64,000 nt of DNA from Ginglymostoma cirratum (taxonomy: Eukaryota), in assembly GCA_024137785.1 (NCBI GenBank), contig JAHRHZ010000032.1, positions 5,379,993 to 5,443,992 of the forward strand, in the 5' to 3' direction. A program made the translations under genes and the position numbers. The notes under the pieces were generated by a model that ran no database searches, was not told the origin of the DNA, and saw only the letters and a program-made list of their open reading frames with translations. This document shows, piece after piece, positions 40,460 through 53,400 of the stretch (positions within the stretch are counted from its first letter, which is position 1; each line of letters starts with the position of its first letter).

Positions 40460-41985
40460 TAATTCATCTATGGGGTATGGGGCTCCCTGGTCAGGTCAAC
40501 ATTTATTGACTGTCCATAGTTGCCCTCAAGAAGGCAGTGATGAGCTGCCTTCTTGAATGACTGAAATCCATGTGCTGGTGGACCTGCAATGCTTTCAGGG
40601 TGGGGAGTTCCGGAATTCTGATCCAGTTACAGTGAAGGAATGGCAATACATTTCAAAGTCAGGATAGCGAGTGGCTCGAAGGCAAGTGGTGGTGTTCCCA
40701 CATATCTGCTGCCCTTATCTTTAAATGGCAGCAGTTGTGGGTTTGAAAGGTGCTATCTAAGGATCTTTGGTGAATTCCTACAGTGCATTTTGCAGATGAT
40801 ATTCACTTGCTGTATGTCAGTACAGAGAGTGAACTTTCCTGATGCCAAACAGGCAGGCCGTTTTGACCTGGATGATGTCAAGCTTTGATTGTTGCCGGAG
40901 CTGCTTTTGTCGAGGTAATGGAATACTTCTCCTGTCCAAACTATGCCTTGACGATGGACAGGTTTTGGGGAGCCAGGAGGAGAGTCACTCACTGCAGGAT
41001 TCCTATACCTTCTGACTTACACTTGAAGCCATAGTATTTATAAGGCAAGTCCAGTTCAGTTTCTGGTCAATGGTAACCTCTCAGTGTTGATAGTGGGGGA
41101 AATCTAGTGATGGTAATGTCATTGAATGTCAAGGGGCGGAGGTTAATTTCTCTCTTGTTGGCAATGGCTTGTAGCACAAATGGTACTTGCTACTTCTCAG
41201 TCCAAACCTGAATATTGTCCAGACTTACTGCATTTGGACTCGCAACATTTCTGTATTTGACAAGTCGCAAATGGCACTGAATATCATGCAATCCTCAGCA
41301 ACCATTTCTACTTTTGACATTATGTTGAAGGGAAGGGCATGGATGAAGCAACTGAAGATGATTCTATCTAGAATATTATACTGACAACTATGGGACTCTT
41401 GGGGTGGAGAAATCGCATCCCTACCTTGGAACCTGGAGACCCAATTTCAAGAGCCACCTGTTTCAGAGGTGTGTAACAACATCTCTGAAAAGGTTGATTA
41501 GAAAATATCTGTAACTGAGGAACTCCTGTAAGGATATCCTGGAACTGAATTGACAGACCTCTCTTACTTTGCCAGGTGTAATTCCACCAGTGGAAAACTT
41601 TGTCTAATTCCCATTGACTTCAGTTCTGCTCGAGCTCCTATAGGCAAAGGCAGCTGCTCTGATCACACTTCTGACGTTCAGCTCTTCTGCCTATGTTCAA
41701 ACTAAGCTTGACACCATCCAGGCTAGAACAACCTGCTGCAACGAGCAGCCAAGTAGCCCTGGTACTGGAACTCAAACTGAGCAGTGAACAGGTTATTTCT
41801 AAGCAAGTGCTGCTTGATAGGACTGACAATCCCTTTTACCACTTTATTGCCGAGTAGATAGATGGTACAGCAATGTGTGTTAAATTTGTCCTTTTTGTGT
41901 ACAGGATATACCTGGACAAATTTACTGCATTCTGAGGTAGATGCCAGCATTGTAGCTGTACCAGAACAACCTGTCTAGGGGGGCC
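40460..41985 (-). mobile_element. Decayed RT/3' portion of the tRNA-headed LINE family
   Basis: VYPVHKKDK remnant, end of ORF2 and 3' UTR homologous to 49100-50030. Confidence 0.75.
41392..41510 (+). mobile_element. Short (about 120 bp) tRNA-derived SINE nested in a LINE
   Basis: Homologous to the reverse complement of 56686-56800; ends ggttgattagaaaatatc. Confidence 0.65.
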
Positions 41986-42831
41986 TCACCAGGACAACAG
42001 CTCCCATTCCTGTTCACGTGGGAATGATAATAGTCTAATGTTCAATTGTTCATCATGAATTGATGAATTCCCTGCACTGCTCTATTTAACGTAGTAAAAC
42101 ATAATAAATTATGAAGCAGTCAAATCATGTAAATTATCAGATTGCTACAAGCTGCAGCTTGTAACAAAGCAGACCAACAGCCAGGCAGAGTCACGTCAAT
42201 ATATGGAGTCCTTGGGAGGTGAATCCTCTTAAAGGCAAGCTTCACAGAGGTTTCCCTTTTGTGTGAATCCAATTTAGGTGTTAGTGATAAAAGAAAAAAG
42301 GACATAGTAGAAGGTAAAGAAGAATAATTTCTTATAGAGTTTTAAATGGTGAGAAGGTAGATTAGCAAATATGCTGGCAATAATGACAGTGAAAAAGATA
42401 CTTTATGATGACACAGACTGGGAAATAAAACACATTGCTAAGAGTAGGGCTTGAAAACAAAAAAATGTCGTCCACTGAACCTAATCAGTCAATATAATTC
42501 CAACTCACTAAGGGAGGAAGCAAGTTTGGATCTGGCCTTGTGAAATAAAGTAAGGCAAGTGGGGTGTGTTTAATTAGAAGAACATCCAGCTAATAGTGAT
42601 CACAGTGCAATTCAGTTTAAAGTAATCAGGGAGACAGACCAGGACATATCACAGGTAAATATGGTCAAATGGAAAAAGCTCATTTTGGTGGTTTAAGGTG
42701 GTACATAATTTACAAAAGAATTGCAAGATAAAGTACTGAAGTAATGGAGGGTAAACATAAAAGAGATCATTCCAGTATAAGCCAAGTGTATTCCTTAGAA
42801 AGGTAGGATTAGATCATCTAAAAACTTAGGT

Positions 42832-42963
42832 AACGTTTCGGGTCCGGTGACCCCAAAACATTAACTCTGAAGGGAAAAACACAAATGCTGCCAGACCTGC
42901 TGAGCTTTTCCAGCAACTTTGTTTTTGTTCGTGATTTACAGCATCCAATGTTCTTTTGGTTTT
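42832..42963 (+). mobile_element. Penelope-like pLTR fragment, second subfamily, short inverted 5' end
   Basis: Perfect 13-bp TSD taaaaacttaggt (42819-42831, 42964-42976). Confidence 0.75.
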
Positions 42964-44374
42964 TAAAAACTTAGGTGCGTGGGATAGAAAGTAACAGTTG
43001 AAATAAGGCAAAATTTCATTTTGGGCAATCGTCAATAGCTATTTTTGTTTTTTTGAGTCTTCAACATAAAGTTTAGAAAAGCATTTCACAGGAGCATTAC
43101 AAAGTTAAATTAGGCAACAAAGATAGGACTTGGGTATATAACTCAACACTTGACTGACAAGGTTGGTTTTAACAAAGAAGACAGGCAGAGATTTAGAGAT
43201 GAGACTTCCTAATTGAAAGGCAGGATAGGTCTGAAAACGCAACTGGTCTGCTGCTACATTGCTATTACCCCAAATCGCTTACAAGCCAAGAAAATTTGAG
43301 GGGTAAAAATCTACGACTAATTAACAACCAAAGGGTTTTGGTGAATGAATGGAAACAAAATTTCAGAACTTCAGCTTGGTCTTTAAATCTTACAAAGTGG
43401 ATACAATCTTTGGGCCGAAGTGACGGAATAATTTTGCCAATATGACGGTGTCCATTTGGAATAGAAGAATCAGCACGACAGGTCCAGAAGGAGAAGCCAG
43501 ATCAAAGTCAAAAACAAACCAGGAACAGCACAGTTGGAGGCAGCAAGTAAGCTCACACCAGATAGTGAAAGAAACTTGGGACAATTCTTTTTAAGGCTGC
43601 TTCTGAACTCCCTGTGGACCACAGTGGGAAATAGTCAATAGGGTGTTTTCCAGGTTGGCTATCAAGTGCCAGAGCATATAGGTTCTCTATCTTGGCAAAC
43701 TGCAATGGAAGATAACTATTCAACTTAAAATAAGTGAGTCTTGCAAAACACTGGGGGTGGGAAGGGGGTTAAACCCATCCACATGGGGCCTGCAGCTGAC
43801 GAGAACTTAGTTGGGCAGGTCTGCTTGACGCAGAGCTTGCATCCTGCCAGCAGAGAGCAACTGCCAGGCACTTAACACAATCCCCCCTTCCCTGCTGAAA
43901 TCTGAAGGAGAAAATCCAAATTAGTCTCCTTTAATTGCTCTGAGGCCCTTAATAAGCCATCCCGCGTCAAAGGCTGTTTGGAGCCATGGAAATTGCACAC
44001 CGGACAGGCTATTCTTAACTCCCACTGTTATTAGACTATATGCGAGAAAGGGGAAGGGATTATGTGGCTTCAAAATCAAGCCCTTAGTTAAAAAAGTGAA
44101 GGCCAATTGTTATGCCAGATTTTATTTCATTTCAGCATTAATGCCTAATACTATTTGACGTGTGGTAACAGGATTGTTACAAGATCAATACTGAAATTTT
44201 GTTGTGTGTCATCAGGATTACCAGTTGAGTAGTCAAAAAATAAAATTATGAAAAGATGAACTGGAATATTTTAGGTTGTGACTTAGGCCAACGCTGTAAA
44301 ATATATTACAACAAATCTAGTAATAAATTTTTTTTTTCTAAAAACCTAACCACAAGGTCAAGGTATCACAAAAC

Positions 44375-44690
44375 ATTTCATATCCAATTAAGTTCTAAGG
44401 CATAATCATGGTTTTGTACACAATCAATGTTCCCAAAACAGAATATGGGACAAACGACAACTTAATCTGCTTTTTCAATGGCGTTTGTTAGGGCAAGAAC
44501 ACGAGTAAAGATACTGAAAGAACTATCATCACTTTAGATAGCATCATTGAATATTTCACCTTCACACAAGACAGTACCTCAATTTAACATCTAGAACATC
44601 TGTAAAACAAAATATAGCACCAGAGAGTCAACCAGCTGACATGCTTAATTCCTGGAACGGAGTTTGGAATTACAATCTCTTGACGCAGAC
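44375..44690 (-). mobile_element. Very decayed DeuSINE
   Basis: Collinear weak similarity to 63080-63440. Confidence 0.45.
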
Positions 44691-45345
44691 GAAAATGATT
44701 CTAAACAACAAGAAGAGATAGTATTGTGTCCCTTTACAATCCATTCTTTGTATGCTGTAAGTAAGATCAAAGTTTCAAATACTAGTAATGATTATGCATA
44801 TATCAAGTATCCAAATGTTTATCCTGAAACTGCACAGGTTGACAGTGCAGAGTTGATTTTACTTACCCAATGTATATTTCACCAGAATCAGAAATTAGGC
44901 ATTTTGCACTTCAATTGTTAATCATTACACAGAATGCATATGCATTCTATGATGTGCAATTCTCATGAGGGATCAAGGATAGTCAGGGTACTAAAACCAA
45001 CAGCGTTCAGTGGGAAAGGAAAACTAACTTGGAACTGTCCTGCATGTTATAGGATTCTTACCAGTATCTCAATTCAACCCTGAGGCCAATTATGTACTTT
45101 CATAAATTGTACAGACCTTAATTAGGCACTATGTCAACAGATTTGCACTTTGCCAGGACTGCATGCACATACCTCAAAAAAAGGTTCTAACCAATTATAG
45201 TTTAACACAAATTAGAATTGTCAAGTTCAGAAAAGCAGCAGCTCCTCTTAATCGTTATTCTTCAAATTTAGAGCATTTTCAACCTTGTTAGTTGTTTTGA
45301 AAAATCTGGAATGAAACAAAACAGATTGCAACAGATCTTATTCCA

Positions 45346-45541
45346 TGACTGAAAACAAAAATGCTACCAATCACAGTGGGTCAGGCTGCATCCATAGAAA
45401 GAAAGCAAGCAGGGCTCTGAAGAAATCATCTAGACCCGAAACATTAGCTTGGTTTCTCTCCACTGATGCTGCCTGGCCTGGTGCAATTGCCAGCATTTTG
45501 TTTCAGTTCAGATTCCAGCATCTGCAATAATTTGTTTCTAT
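45346..45541 (+). mobile_element. Older palindromic Penelope-like remnant, third subfamily
   Basis: TSD atctt(a/c)ttcca (45335-45345, 45542-45552); diverged inverted arms; CTGAAGA...CCCGAAACATTAG core remnant; shared tail ccagcatctgca. Confidence 0.65.
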
Positions 45542-46293
45542 ATCTTCTTCCACTGCTGTCTTTAATCTAGCTACACAACTGCAGTGAAACTTTCAGAAAA
45601 CGACCATTTCCTAACACACTAGAAAAGATAAAAGAAAAAACCTCAAAACACATCTCAGCAACTGCCTCAAGAACTGCAGAGTTACAGGGTTGGGTAAAGC
45701 AGAACAGGTCTTTTATAATTACTGAGTTATTCTAATTTTTGGTCTGGTGTTCGACACATAAATCGTTGGAGAAGCTGCTTTGAACAGTTATTTTCTCAAG
45801 CATTTATCCTGCATCAACATTTGAAAAAAACCCAAGCTGAAACTCTTACAGGCCACTAACAACTGATTTTAAAAAAAAAAAACTTTTCTTCCTTGCACTC
45901 GAAGTTCTAAACAATTTCATTGATTATTTGACACTGACAGGGCAAGTTCCACTCTTGGTGGAACTGAAACTGAAACAGAAACAGAAATAGCATGACAGTA
46001 AATCTACTGCAGAAAGCTAAACCCTCTAAAGCAAATCCATGAGGGGATAATAGCTGCACAGAACGAATAAAAGAAATTAATTGGAACAAATGATATCGCA
46101 ACAGTCAAACTAGGAGACCCTCAACTCTTCACATTCCTCACACTAAGTATCCCTTGCCAAACTAATGATACCATTAACATTGTAAAAACTCCACGTACAA
46201 GCTCATTGCTGGTAGAATTGCAATATCTTCCAATACCAAATCAACTTGGAGTGTCACGCAAGCTTTAATTTTATTTTGGTTAGAACACGGTTT

Positions 46294-49200
46294 GGAGATG
46301 TTGGTGTAGTTGAAAGGCTTAGAGTTTGGGGCTCTGGGTTCAAATCCCACCGTGGCAGATGATGGAATTTTAAATTTAATTAATACTAAAGAAAGCAGCA
46401 AGCTTACTGGCGATCATTTAACCACTGTTCATTTCTGCAAAGAAAAATAAACTTCTGGTTCACCAATGTCCTCGTGGAATGAAAATCTGTTGTCCTTATC
46501 TGGTCTGGCCTACACATAATTGCAGACCCACAGAAATGTGGTTGACTTTCAACTGCCGACTGAAAATGCCCTAGCAAGCCATTCAGTTGTATCAAACCAC
46601 GACTAAGAGCAAATAAAGGAATGAAACCAAGAAGATCACCCAGTAATGACAGTCATCTTACCAAGATCTTGGGGCTTGTGCCAGAATTGGGACAGCTGTC
46701 CCACAGATTAAACAAGCAATAGCCTGAAGTTGTTTGTGAAGCATACGATTCTAAGAGAATTATTATGCGCTGGAAACTACTAAAATCATCCAAGCGTTTT
46801 TGTGTCCCACTAGCAGGGCAGACCCACAGGAGGTGGCAGCACAGCAGTACACAATCTGTGAGCCTTAACCTGTACTCCAGACACCATCGCGTCAGGTCAA
46901 ATATGGGCAAAGAGACCTCCAGCTGACAAATCAGTACTCCTCCATATTGAATACAGTCTGAAGGCATCCAAGTTAATGGTAATGGCACAGCATGTACTTT
47001 GGATGGGGAACTTCAAGGTCCATCACCAAGACTGGCTCAATAGCAACAGTGAGTTTGCAGAGCTGTAAAGAATATAGCAGGTAGACAGGTTCTGTGACAC
47101 GTGCTGAAGGGGCCAAGAGGGGAAAGTTCTTTTTGACCTCATCCTCACCAATCTATTTGCAGCAGATGCTTTCAGCCATGATAATGTTGGTAGGAATGGC
47201 CAGTGCACAGTTCTTGTGGAGATGGAGTTGCGTCTTAACATTGAGGACATTGACACACCATGGTGTGTCAACTATCAGCATGCCAAATAAGAAACTTCAA
47301 ACAGATCTAGCAATTCAAGTCTGGGCACCAATAAGGCACTGTGGATTATCAGCAGATGGTATTCAACCACATCTGTAACCTCATGGCCTAACACATGTCC
47401 AGCTTTTTCATTACCATCAAACCGAGCAGTCAATCTCAGTTAGAGGAATACTGCAGGAAGGAAAGCCAAAAGTAGCACCAGAATACTTAAAAGTGCAGTG
47501 TCAAACAGGTGACATGTGTCAAAACAGCAGAAGCAGTATGCAATAGACAAGGTAATATGATTCCACAACCAATGGATCAGACCTAAGCTCTGCAGTCTTG
47601 CCATATCCAGGTGTAAATGGTAGAGGACAGCTAACATGAGTTGGAGGCACCACAAGAATTCTCATCCTCAAAAGATGGGGGTGCCCATCATATTAATACA
47701 AAAGTCAAGAGTGAAATATTTGCATCTCTCATCAGCCAGAAGTTCTGAGTAGATGATCCATCATTTTCTCCTCCTGAGGTCCCTAACACAGAGATGCCAG
47801 TGTTCAGCCAATAATTCATTCTGCATGATATCAGGAAACAGCTGAGGCAATGGATAATGCAAAGACTGACAAAATCATGACAACAATACCAAAGAACCTT
47901 TTCTCCAGAAACAGCCACACCATTAGCTGAGCTGTTCCAGCAAAGCTGCAATACTAACCCCTACCCTGCTTCCTCTAAGCTTTGCCTCTGGGAGGGTCCG
48001 CACACACCAACTGGACTGTAGAAGCATACAAGCAATGACTCATAGTACTGAAAGCTTCTGCTGTGTACGGAATTTAGAAGGTAATGTAAAGACAGGAATG
48101 TTCAGAGCGAAAGCAGCTACTATCCAACAATTCTGCTCTCAATCATCAGCAAAATGATGGAATGATTCATTGATACAGCTATGAAGTAACACTTGCAAAA
48201 TAATAGTCTGGTCATTGGATTCTGCTAGGGCCACCCAGCATCTGATCTCATTACAACCTTGATCCATACATGGACAAAAAACAAGGGAGCTGAATTCCAG
48301 ACAGAAGTCAAGAGTGACTGCTTTCGGCATCAACTGAATTTGAGACACAGAGACTGAACAAAACTGGAGTCAATGGGAATAGAGGGGAAAATACTTCTTA
48401 GTCATGAGTCATAAGTAAAACAAACAGACAGTTGCAGATAACAAGGTGTAGAGCTGGATGAACACAGCAGGCCAGGCAGCATCAGAGGAACAGGAAAGCT
48501 GACGTTTCGGGTCTGGACCCTTCTGCAGAAATGGGAGAGGGGAAGGGGGCACGGTGATAGCAGGTAGATAGTGGAGCAGATAGGTGGGAGAAAAGACGGA
48601 CAGCTCAAGGAGGCAGGGTTGAAGCTAGTAAAGGTGAGTGTAATTAGGAAGTTGGGATGGGGGTTGGTCAGTGAGATGGGAGGAGTGGGTGGAGCACCTA
48701 TCCACACTTCCTGCCTCACTGACCAAGCCCCACCTCCACTTCCTACCTACACGCACCTTTACTAGCTTCATCCCTGCCTCCTTGAGCTGTCCATCTTTTC
48801 TCCCACCTATCTGCTCCACTATCTACCTGCTATCACCGTGCCCCCTCCCCCTCTCCCATTTCTGCAGAAGGGTCCAGACCCGAAACGTCAGCTTTCCTGT
48901 TCCTCTGATGCTGCCTGGCCAGCTCCACACCTTGTTAGCTCAGACTCCAGCATCAGCAGTTCCTACTTTCTGAGACAGTTTGCAGTCGTTGGAGGTCAAT
49001 CATCTCACCCCAAGGACATCACCATAAGCAGTGTCACTCAAGGTCATGAGCTAGTCCCAGCCATCATTAGTTGCTTCGTCAATTACACTCCCCTCATTAT
49101 ATGGTCTGAAGTAGGGATGTGCTTTGATGAATACACGACATTCAGAATGAGTACATCAAGACTCTCCAAATACTGAAGTAGTGCACGCCGAAATGCAGCA

Positions 49201-50040
49201 ATACCTGTACGACACCCAGACTTGGGCTCGTAAGTGCCAAGAAACATTTCTGCCACATGTGCCAGGCAATGGCCTTCTCAGAGAGAACCTAAACGTTGAT
49301 CCTTGATGTTCAATGGTATTAAAGTTGACGAATCTCCTATCAACATTCCAAGAGTCACCACGGACCAGAAACTGAACTGAATGAGCCATAGAAATACAGC
49401 GACTGCAAGACAGGTCAGCAGCTCAGAATACTGTGGCGAGTAACTCATCTCCTGTCTCTCCAAAACCTGTCTGTTATTTTCAAGACACAAGTCAAGAGTA
49501 AGATGGAATACTCTCTATTTGTCTGGATGGGTCCTTCTCCAAGGACATTCAAAAAGCTTGACACCATCCAAGACAAAGCAGCACTATTACTTGGCATCAA
49601 TCCACCACCTTCAGCATTCAGTTTCTTTCCCAGTTGACATGGAGGTGACAGTGACAGCAGTCCAGGCTACCAGATGGTAGCGTGTACCATCTACAAGGTG
49701 CACGACAGTAACTCAACAAGGTTCTTCTGGCAACATCTTCTAAACCTGCACTGCTACCAACTAGAAGGACAGGAGCAGCAGACGCACAGGAACACCATCA
49801 CCTAGAAGTTCCCTCCAAGCTAGTCACCATCTTGACCTGGGAACATATCACTGTTCCTTCACTGCTGCTGGATTAAAATCCTGGAATTCCCTTCCTAATG
49901 ATACTTGGGCATTTCTATACCCCAAGAACTGTCATAGCTTAAAATAGCAACTCACCACCATCTTCTCTAGAGCATTTAGGGGATGGGCAATAAATGCTGG
50001 CTGAGTCAACAATATCCATATCCCACGAATGAATAAAAAC
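46294..50040 (+). mobile_element. Near full-length decayed CR1-group LINE with tRNA/SINE-like 5' UTR and no visible ORF1
   Basis: B-box gggttcaaatccc at 46336-46348. Endonuclease start LTKILGLVPELGQLSHRL at 46657, MGNFKVHHQDWL at 47003, DLILTN near 47135. Decayed RT QGxxLxP and xDD motifs at about 49030-49135. 3' tail gggatgggcaataaatgctgg...gaatgaataaaaa. Confidence 0.75.
48438..48972. mobile_element. Long palindromic Penelope-like remnant (arms of about 250 bp) nested in a LINE
   Basis: TSD agacagttgcag / agacagtttgcag (48426-48437, 48973-48985); centre near 48697. The ORF track gives near-identical peptides on both strands. Both cores read CUGCAGA (mutant). Confidence 0.82.
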
Positions 50041-50052
50041 AAATTGATCTCC

Positions 50053-50150
50053 ATTTCTGAAGAAGGGTCTAGGCTCGAAACGTCAGCTTTCCTGCTCCTC
50101 TGATGCTGCTTGGCCTGCTGTGTTCATCCAGCTCTACACCTTGTTATCTC
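50053..50150 (+). mobile_element. Penelope-like pLTR fragment with hammerhead core at 50057-50084
   Basis: CUGAAGA A GGGU-CUAG-GCUC GAAACGUC followed by the family tail; no clear TSD. Confidence 0.72.
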
Positions 50151-50151
50151 C

Positions 50152-50385
50152 GATGACCTTACTATCGTTTTCATGTTGCCATTGCTATCCACAATCATAA
50201 AACTCTGGTTCACAAATATTCTTTGAGTGGAAATCTGCTGCCAGTATCTGATCTGGTTTATATCTGATTCCAGACCCACAGCAGATGCCTTCTAAAACGG
50301 TTTACCACTCAGTTCAAGGGCAATTAGGGATGGGCAATAAATGCTGGCCTTTCCAATGACTCCCATATTCTGTGAAAGAATAAAA
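50152..50385 (+). mobile_element. SINE variant with longer body (junction ccactcagtt|caagggcaattaggg)
   Basis: Body homologous to 46400-46590, then the LINE tail. Confidence 0.7.
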
Positions 50386-50589
50386 TTGAAGCAAAATTTG
50401 AACTATTCCCACAACCCTTTCACTGCTTTGTTATTACCAGACTGCTTATCCACCATCAGGCTTGGACAAGTTGCAATGTGCTCAATTTAAATAATGGGGT
50501 AGACAAGGTTGTTAGCTTTGATTCCTAGTCACAAACATTCAACTTTTACCAACAATTCCACCCCTTATCTAAACAAGCTGTACCAGATT

Positions 50590-51238
50590 GCAGTGAACTT
50601 TACTGTCCTATCAGAGATCAGGGGCTTCTGAACTCATCTCCAACACAGACTGCCCACTTCCACCATGAGTCAGCCTTCATCTCCACCATCACTTCAATAT
50701 ACTTGCTGCCAAAACTCTTCTCCATGCCTTTTGTCAATCCCAGAGTGCAGTGCACTATTCCAATATTCTCCTGGCCAACTACCCATCTTCCATCATGCAG
50801 CAGCTGCAGTGTTACTCAACCTTTGCTGTCTAAATACTACAAGAACTATGCCCCACTGGTTCAACACCCCTGCACACAATAACCTACTCTGGGAGTACTG
50901 CCAACCAACACTACAAATGTAAAATTTTCATCTATGTTCAAATCTCTCAGCTATCTTGCCTATATGTGTCACTCCATCCAATACTACAACCATTTGAGGA
51001 CTCTACATTCCTCCAATTGTGGACTCTTCTGCACCTCCTGTCCACTGTACTCCAGCGCTGACAGCTATGCCTTCAATCCTGTGGATTCCAAGCCCCCCTC
51101 ATTCTCCTCCAAGACTCTCCTTAATACTTACCTGTTTTGTCACTTGCTATGGCAGCAATCTTTGTATGGTTGTTTATTTTCCCTTAACTACATTCAAGGC
51201 ATTTCACTAAGTTAAAGGCACTATAAAAATACAGTTGT
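50590..51238 (+). mobile_element. L2 LINE 3' remnant
   Basis: Pyrimidine-rich decayed ORF2 end (LIHAFV/LHWLP-like region) and L2-type tail ttaaaggcactataaaaatacagttg. Confidence 0.55.
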
Positions 51239-52099
51239 ATTTTGAACTGTTGTATACAGTTACAAATTAAAATGACTACATGCACAAAGTAATGGGGTGT
51301 GACTGGCAGAAGTGAAGTTATACTTCAATTAAAAAATGAGAGAAAAACCAGCAAAAAAATCTGAACAACTACACTTGGTAACTCAATATCACAATCCCAT
51401 ACAAATTACTTGCAATAAGGTGTGGCTGCAAACTTTTTAAGAGAACTGTTTTTAGGGCATCACTATGGCAACAATGTGGTCAGAAATAAACAGGTACAAA
51501 CATCAAAATGGAAGAAAATTTTATAGAAATTACCAGCCCAAATATTACACTAAGTGAGCACATTGTACGTTTATTAGGGAGTCAGTTGGCAGGCTGTGAC
51601 TAACTCCAGAATGAAATAGAATGATCTCAGAGTTTGGAAAGATTAATCACCTAGACTGCATTCAGCTTCTTTTTACATACTGGGCTCAAAGTCCAAACAT
51701 TACCCTCTAAAAGGAATTTAATAAAAACTGACATTTAAATAGAAACAGGTCTATAATTGCTAGTGAAGAGTTTAAAAGAAGTGACAATTAAGATTTTCCT
51801 TTCAGGAGCATGGATTATTACATTCAGATGTGTGGTAGACCCAGGCGGTGTTAGGCTGCTGAGATGTGTCAAACATTATTGAACATTACATTTATAAATA
51901 ATGCATTTTTTGAAATACAACTTAGGGCCCCAGTAGTAACGACCCTAGATAAAAGAACATTTCTGGCCGGTCAGGAGAGCAAAGAGAGATTCAAAAGTTC
52001 AAGTCATATTTGGAGGTGAAAGTGAAAAGGAGACCATTGTATGCTGGGTCGCATACTACCTTCTCTTTTTCCTAAAGTGCAGGAATAAATACATTTTAG

Positions 52100-53400
52100 C
52101 ATCGTCCACACGAGTAAATGAACACAGACAGCGAACCCGCACAGACATTAATCAGGAATCGCTGCCCGGGCTCGTTCTCGGTTGAAAAAAAACTCAAAAT
52201 TTAAACTGGGAACACAGAGGACAGAAAAGGACGATTACCACCATGCGCCGAGTTTAAATTAATTTCGCAACCGCACTTCCCAGAAAACATTCAAAAAAAC
52301 CTTCACAGCAAAAAAAAACAAAAAAACCCAAAGAAGCATCAAGATTATTGGAAGAGTCGAACCATGGGAACAGCTCTAACAAATGAGGCCAGGGTCTAGG
52401 GGAAATAAAAATCACTAGAGAATAATTTCCCGAGATCAGCAGCTTCAAGGGTGAGGCAGATCGTGAGTTAACAGGGAAACAAAGTCCAATGTTAGCACTG
52501 TTTGTTTTCTTGAACAAAAAGAAGCCGAATGGGCTGAGAATAGTTATAAAGCCAGGGCAAACGGCTTGGGAGTGTTTCAATGGATCGTGTGTATCTCGTG
52601 AAACGCTTTCACACTGTCCTCACTCAGCACTTCCCCCGGGGATCACAGCGCTCTTATCCCACGTCCCCTCTCGCAGCCCTCGGCTTGGCGTTCACTCCCC
52701 GTCCCTCAGTATCGCAGCCTCCGGGACTACGCTCAGGACAGATGTGAGAATACAGGGTTAGTGTTAGGGGAATAGGAAATTCAGAGGTTCTTCACCGCAG
52801 CCAGCGCCCCCACACTTACCCCAACTGACCACCAGAAGCAGCAGCAACAGCGAACGCTCCATCCTCTCCCAGGATCTATCTTTCCGGCAAACACTCCCCG
52901 AAGACAGGAAAAAAAAATCCCTCCCCCTCTCACTCTCAACTGGAGACTTTCCAACAGCTCACTCTGTCTCCAGGTGGCACTTCTTGCAAAATGAGCCAAT
53001 TCCAGACAGAAACTCCAAACTTCTCTTTTCAAACTTAAACTTTATCTACTGCCAAAAGGTTTATTTTATTTTTGGGAACGGGAAAGCCCGAAGCGAACTT
53101 TAACAGTCAAACACTTGGAAAGTTTTTGATGCTTCACTACAGAGTCCAGATGGAAACACCCAGGAACTCCCCCTTCTTTCAGGTAATTGGCTCCGTTAAA
53201 ATGGGAGGGCAGAGACGTCAGGCGACACTCCCAAAAAAAATCAAATGATTGCAATCCTGCCTCATGGGAATTTTTATTTTCTGCAGCTGGAAGATAGGTT
53301 ATTTGTTCATGTTCGTCGATATCCCTTCGTTGGAAAGCATTGGGATCAATGCAGATTATGATTCGGCGTTGGCATTCGGTTGCTGAGAGTTAGCATCACT
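52100..53400 (-). promoter_or_regulatory. CpG-enriched promoter / first-exon region of PTGFRN, with candidate CCAAT box (53186-53190) and CRE-like TGACGTCT (53213-53220)
   Basis: Visibly higher CpG and GC content than the flanks, repeat-free, and surrounding the signal-peptide exon. Motifs were read directly; TSS unknown. Confidence 0.6.
52820..52862 (-). CDS. PTGFRN: PTGFRN coding exon 1, signal peptide MERSLLLLLLVVSW(G)
   Basis: ATG at 52862 in a strong Kozak context (GAGGATGG); 14 codons plus 1 nt, then donor GTAAGT. Splices in phase 1 to exon 2 giving MERSLLLLLLVVSWGLILA-RVVKVP. No upstream ATG for about 400 nt; CpG-enriched surroundings. Not called in the ORF track. Confidence 0.88.

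Noticed and set aside
48402-49176. Near-identical ORFs on opposite strands suggesting a duplicated gene
   Set aside because: Artefact of the inverted repeat; no recognisable domain.
52781-53032. 83-aa minus ORF over exon 1
   Set aside because: Non-ATG start and a different frame from the signal-peptide reading.
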